From NCBI GenBank assembly GCA_964016885.1, contig OZ024746.1, positions 71,672,001 through 71,736,000 of the forward strand: 64,000 nt of DNA. The letters run 5' to 3'. Position 1 is the first letter of the stretch; each line of letters starts with the position of its first letter. The translations under genes were made by a program, and so were the position numbers. Origin of the DNA: Eledone cirrhosa. Taxonomy: Eukaryota. The notes under the pieces were generated by a model. It was not told where the DNA came from. It worked only from the letters and a program-made list of their open reading frames with translations, and did no database searches. This document shows positions 59,090 through 64,000 of this stretch, one piece after another.

Positions 59090-59336
59090 GAGGTGAGTTT
59101 TATTGTAGTACAATAAAGCAATGCAGATATCGGATAAGAAGCACTCTACAGTTTGTAGATATATACATATGTTGATTTAAAACTGCACTATCCACAAGTG
59201 TTTTTTAGCCTTCATATCATGTTCTCCTGTTTTATCTGATGAAAACACAAATATTATTGCATGATGATGTTTGTTTTTGAAATGCGCATAATAAAATACA
59301 TGGAACTCCTTTAACCATCTTTTGATCTTATATTAT
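59085..59336. mobile_element. Family B element with a single arm plus inverted tail; hammerhead at 59230-59296 (+)
   Basis: 59085-59156 is the reverse complement of the tail. 59169-59336 is the arm. Confidence 0.8.
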
Positions 59337-59388
59337 ATATATATATATATTTAAAAGAATAGAGGTGTAACACACGAGTTATGATATA

Positions 59389-59568
59389 TTGGTAAACGGA
59401 AAAGAAAATGCTGACAAATTGTTCACAGTGAAAAATAGTTTAATTAGGAATAAGTGAAAATTAGTAATAGTATTGGTTAGTATTCAGTTTTGGTTTTAAG
59501 TTTTACCAGTTGCGCATTTCTAAAGCTTTTCAAAAATAATTTTGAGATAGAGCGCCCGTGATGTTTGC

Positions 59569-59572
<4 letters not shown>
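59389..59572 (-). mobile_element. Family I element copy
   Basis: Closely matches 32898-33085. Ends in (TA)n. Confidence 0.7.
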
Positions 59573-59659
<87 letters not shown>

Positions 59660-60483
59660 TATGAATATATATATATATATATATATATATGAATATATAT
59701 ACATATTAACAAATATACGCATGGAAATATATTTACAAATTCATTTGAAATCATATGTGTATGTACATGTATCCGTATTGTGGATGAATTTGTATGACTA
59801 TCTATATTGTAAACATACATGCAGGCACATATGTATGTGTACGGATACGTTTGTGTGCATATGTTTTTAATAAGCCTCATAAATAAATTTTTTATTACCT
59901 TTATTGTGAATAGAGCCCAAATAACAACAATACCTAAACACCCTACCACTACCATCACCACCACCACCACCATCATCGTATTCCTCATTATCATTATGCA
60001 TACAAATACAACAACAACAACAACAAACGCTAAACAATAGCAGCAGCAACACCTTCACAACCACCTCCACCCCACCACCATTAGCAGCAGTAATAGCAAC
60101 AACAACAGTGAGTCAATGAACATGTTGTAAAATGGCGTCGTCTATTTGGCCGTGATATTGTCCTTCGTTGACTTAAATAATAGCATCGTATTTATTTATC
60201 AAGCAACAATAATATGGCCAATGCAAACAATATGGCTGCCATTTTAAACTAACAAAAGCGTGTATTTTTTTTGTATTTTTCGTCAACAATTTGCCTATCC
60301 GTTTCACGCCGTCTTAATTAAATAAAAATGAAGATGACTTTGATGATGTTGCTCAAGAAATGGTTACGACGTCGACAATGGTGGTGGGGCGGGGGTAGTG
60401 ATGATGTGGGGGGTGGGGGTGTTAGTGGTGGTGGAGGTGATTTTTGCAACGGCAACGAAAGAGAAGATAATAATCTAATCATT

Positions 60484-60567
<84 letters not shown>

Positions 60568-60780
60568 TGGTCAAGGAAGTGATGGTGGTGGTGGTGTTAG
60601 GAGCATTAATGATGATGATGGCGACGAGACGACGATGATGATGATGATGGGAGAAGAAGAAGAAGAAGAAGAAGAAGAAGAAGAAGAAGAAGAAGAAGAA
60701 GAAGAAGAAGAAGAAGAAGAAGAAGAAGAAGAAGAAGAAGAAGAAGAAGAAGAAGAAGAAGAAGAAGAAGAAGAAGAAGA
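60484..60780. repeat. (ACA)n(ATA)n and (GAA)n microsatellites
   Basis: Direct reading. Confidence 0.95.
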
Positions 60781-61027
60781 CAATGACTTAATTTCAGTTT
60801 GTGATTCGTCGCAAGGGCCTAGTTATAGGTAACCCTTACGAAACAATATTTCACAATAGAATTCAGGCACAATAGAATATACAACACAATAGCTTGGGAA
60901 ATAAAGAAATATATATACAAACGCAGGGAGGTGTGGGGCTGATTGCTGGTGAGGTGGTATCATTTATATAGCACACCGGCATATTTTTCTCCCACATTTC
61001 TCTCAATCTCTTTCACTTTATATACAT

Positions 61028-61156
<129 letters not shown>

Positions 61157-61157
61157 G

Positions 61158-61192
<35 letters not shown>

Positions 61193-61193
61193 G

Positions 61194-61280
<87 letters not shown>

Positions 61281-61440
61281 GTATATATATAAATATCTGT
61301 ATAATATATATTATATACACACACACACATATATATATATATATACATATGTGTATATATATAAATATATATATATATATACATATAAATATATATATAT
61401 ACATAAATATACAATATTATATATACAGTATATATATATG

Positions 61441-61478
<38 letters not shown>

Positions 61479-61482
61479 TTAG

Positions 61483-61596
<114 letters not shown>

Positions 61597-62037
61597 GAAA
61601 AAAAAGAGAGAGAGGGGGGGTGAGAGAGAGCGAGTGAGAGGGAGAGAGCGAGGCAGGAGAGAAGGGGGAGAAAGAAAGATCCACACATATACACACACGT
61701 ATACACACACACATGCACACACACATGCACACACACGCTTATAAAGAGCAAATAATTTCTTGTAAATATTTTATATGGTATTGCAAACAACCAAGGAAAC
61801 AAACACCATTATAAAAAAAAAAACAAGATAAACAATGACAATGCTAATAACAATATCGGCAACAATAACAATAATATCAATAATATCAATAATAATAATA
61901 ATAACTACAGCAATAACAATAAGGTAATAATGATAATAATGATTACAGCAATAACAATAAGGTAATAATTTTAATGGGGGATAATGTATGTCTTTGTGTG
62001 AACATAAACATATAATACACCCATATATATGTGTATG

Positions 62038-62072
<35 letters not shown>

Positions 62073-62081
62073 TAGTGTGTG

Positions 62082-62162
<81 letters not shown>

Positions 62163-62192
62163 ATGTATGTATATATATATATATATATATGC

Positions 62193-62240
<48 letters not shown>

Positions 62241-62267
62241 TTGTATATATATGTTTATATAAAAATG

Positions 62268-62301
<34 letters not shown>

Positions 62302-62304
62302 CAC

Positions 62305-62368
<64 letters not shown>

Positions 62369-62436
62369 GTACATATATACATATATACATATATAGAATT
62401 CCCCTTGTAGTACAGTCAACCGAGTATTCGTGTAAA

Positions 62437-62531
<95 letters not shown>

Positions 62532-62534
62532 GTG

Positions 62535-62621
<87 letters not shown>

Positions 62622-62650
62622 ATATATATATGTGTATATATATATATATA

Positions 62651-62689
<39 letters not shown>

Positions 62690-62719
62690 TTGTATATATA
62701 TGTTTATATAAAATGTATA

Positions 62720-62797
<78 letters not shown>

Positions 62798-62894
62798 AAT
62801 ATGTATCTATATATACATATACATATATTACATATATAGAATTCCCCTTGTTGTACAGTCAACCGAGTATCTGTGTAAATCTATCTATATATAT

Positions 62895-62932
<38 letters not shown>

Positions 62933-62949
62933 GATAGATTTCCACATAG

Positions 62950-63005
62950 AGTCCAGAATTAGCCGTCGAAACGGCTTGAGCTCAGCTGTCGGGGTCTTAC
63001 TGGTT

Positions 63006-63008
<3 letters not shown>
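62950..63008 (+). mobile_element. Family D half-hammerhead fragment
   Basis: GTCCAGAATTAGCCGTC-GAAA-CGGCTTGAGCTCAGCTG-TC-GGGG. Same as 43053-43110. Confidence 0.65.
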
Positions 63009-63040
<32 letters not shown>

Positions 63041-63502
63041 ATATATTGACCCGTGGGTTATAAAGTTTGTTCGGGAATGGTGAGGTCCTAATTTCGATCC
63101 TATTGATTATTTTATGACTGAAATTGTTAGATGGCAACTATACATTAGCCCATCTTATGCACACTAACTGTAGCTATTTTGTATTGAGAGTTACGTTGTG
63201 GTTATCATCCGTGCCTGTGGAATATTCTGTCACTTATACCTTAATTTAATTTTATTAGATATTTCAGTTAACTAAACAACTAAATACTCGTTATAAAAAA
63301 AACGCTAACCCGGACTAATATGGTAACTATTTTTAATGGGTGTTGGAATTAAAGTAATGTAGAGTAATGTTTTTTGTTTGGAAATATCGATGAACCCAAC
63401 AACAAAATTTACGTAACAGAATATAACTTTCTATGAAATCTGTACGATTTAGGATTGTCATACTCCAGTACCTGAAGTAACTAAGCATCTACCTATGGTT
63501 AA

Positions 63503-63880
63503 TAATTGCTTCTACTTTAGGCACAAGGCCAGCAAATACCCAGTACATTACTGGTACTTTATTTTATCGACCCCGTAAGAATGAAAGGCAAAGTTAACCC
63601 CGGCGGGATTTGAACTCAAACCGTAAAGGGACGTAACTATGCTAGAAAGCATGGCGTCCAACCTTCTACCGATACTGCCAAAATAATGGTTTCTAATTTA
63701 GGCACAAGGCCAACAATTTTGGAGGAGGGAAAAGTCGATTGAATCGACCCCAGTTTGTTACTGGTACTTTATTTTATCGACACCGTAAGGATGAAAGACA
63801 ACATTAACCTCGGCGGAGGATTTTGACTCATGCCGCAAAGCATGTTATCTGACTTTCTTCCGATAATTCCAAGCCACCGC
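63503..63880 (-). mobile_element. Two tandem tRNA-derived SINE copies
   Basis: Reverse-complement family consensus twice (63503-63682 and 63685-63880). Confidence 0.85.
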
Positions 63881-64000
63881 CCTAACTGATTTTTTAAATA
63901 ATAATTCTGAAATAATGTATACAGCGCCCCTGCAACTACAGTGTGTTTGCTGTGATATGATCACAGTCTAAATTACTCATAGCCAGACTATATATATGTT

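Overview
AT-rich animal genomic DNA, dominated by microsatellites, with no prokaryotic features. The SINE families and repeat landscape suggest an octopus or other cephalopod (inference, not verified). Almost all entries in the ORF track are translations of (TA)n, (CA)n, (GA)n or trinucleotide repeats. Recognisable content: about 20 tRNA-derived SINE copies; remnants of Tc1/mariner, hAT, Dong/R4, L1-Tx1 and RTE-like elements; several minisatellites; and two candidate Thr-rich (mucin-like) exons on the minus strand near the left end. The main hidden signal is a dense population of short non-coding elements from about 8 unrelated sequence families, embedded in (TA)n tracts. They carry type I hammerhead ribozyme motifs (stem I-CTGAnGA-stem II-GAAA-short, often palindromic stem III-TH-stem I'). 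About 13 have intact cores, and several more are degenerate or half copies. Many have a shared layout of a near-perfect fold-back palindrome plus a one-sided 3' tail, which in most families contains a GAGTRC motif. This matches non-autonomous derivatives of Penelope-like element pseudo-LTRs (retrozyme-like), but no RT or endonuclease ORF is intact in this window. All structures were derived by eye; no database search or folding program was run.
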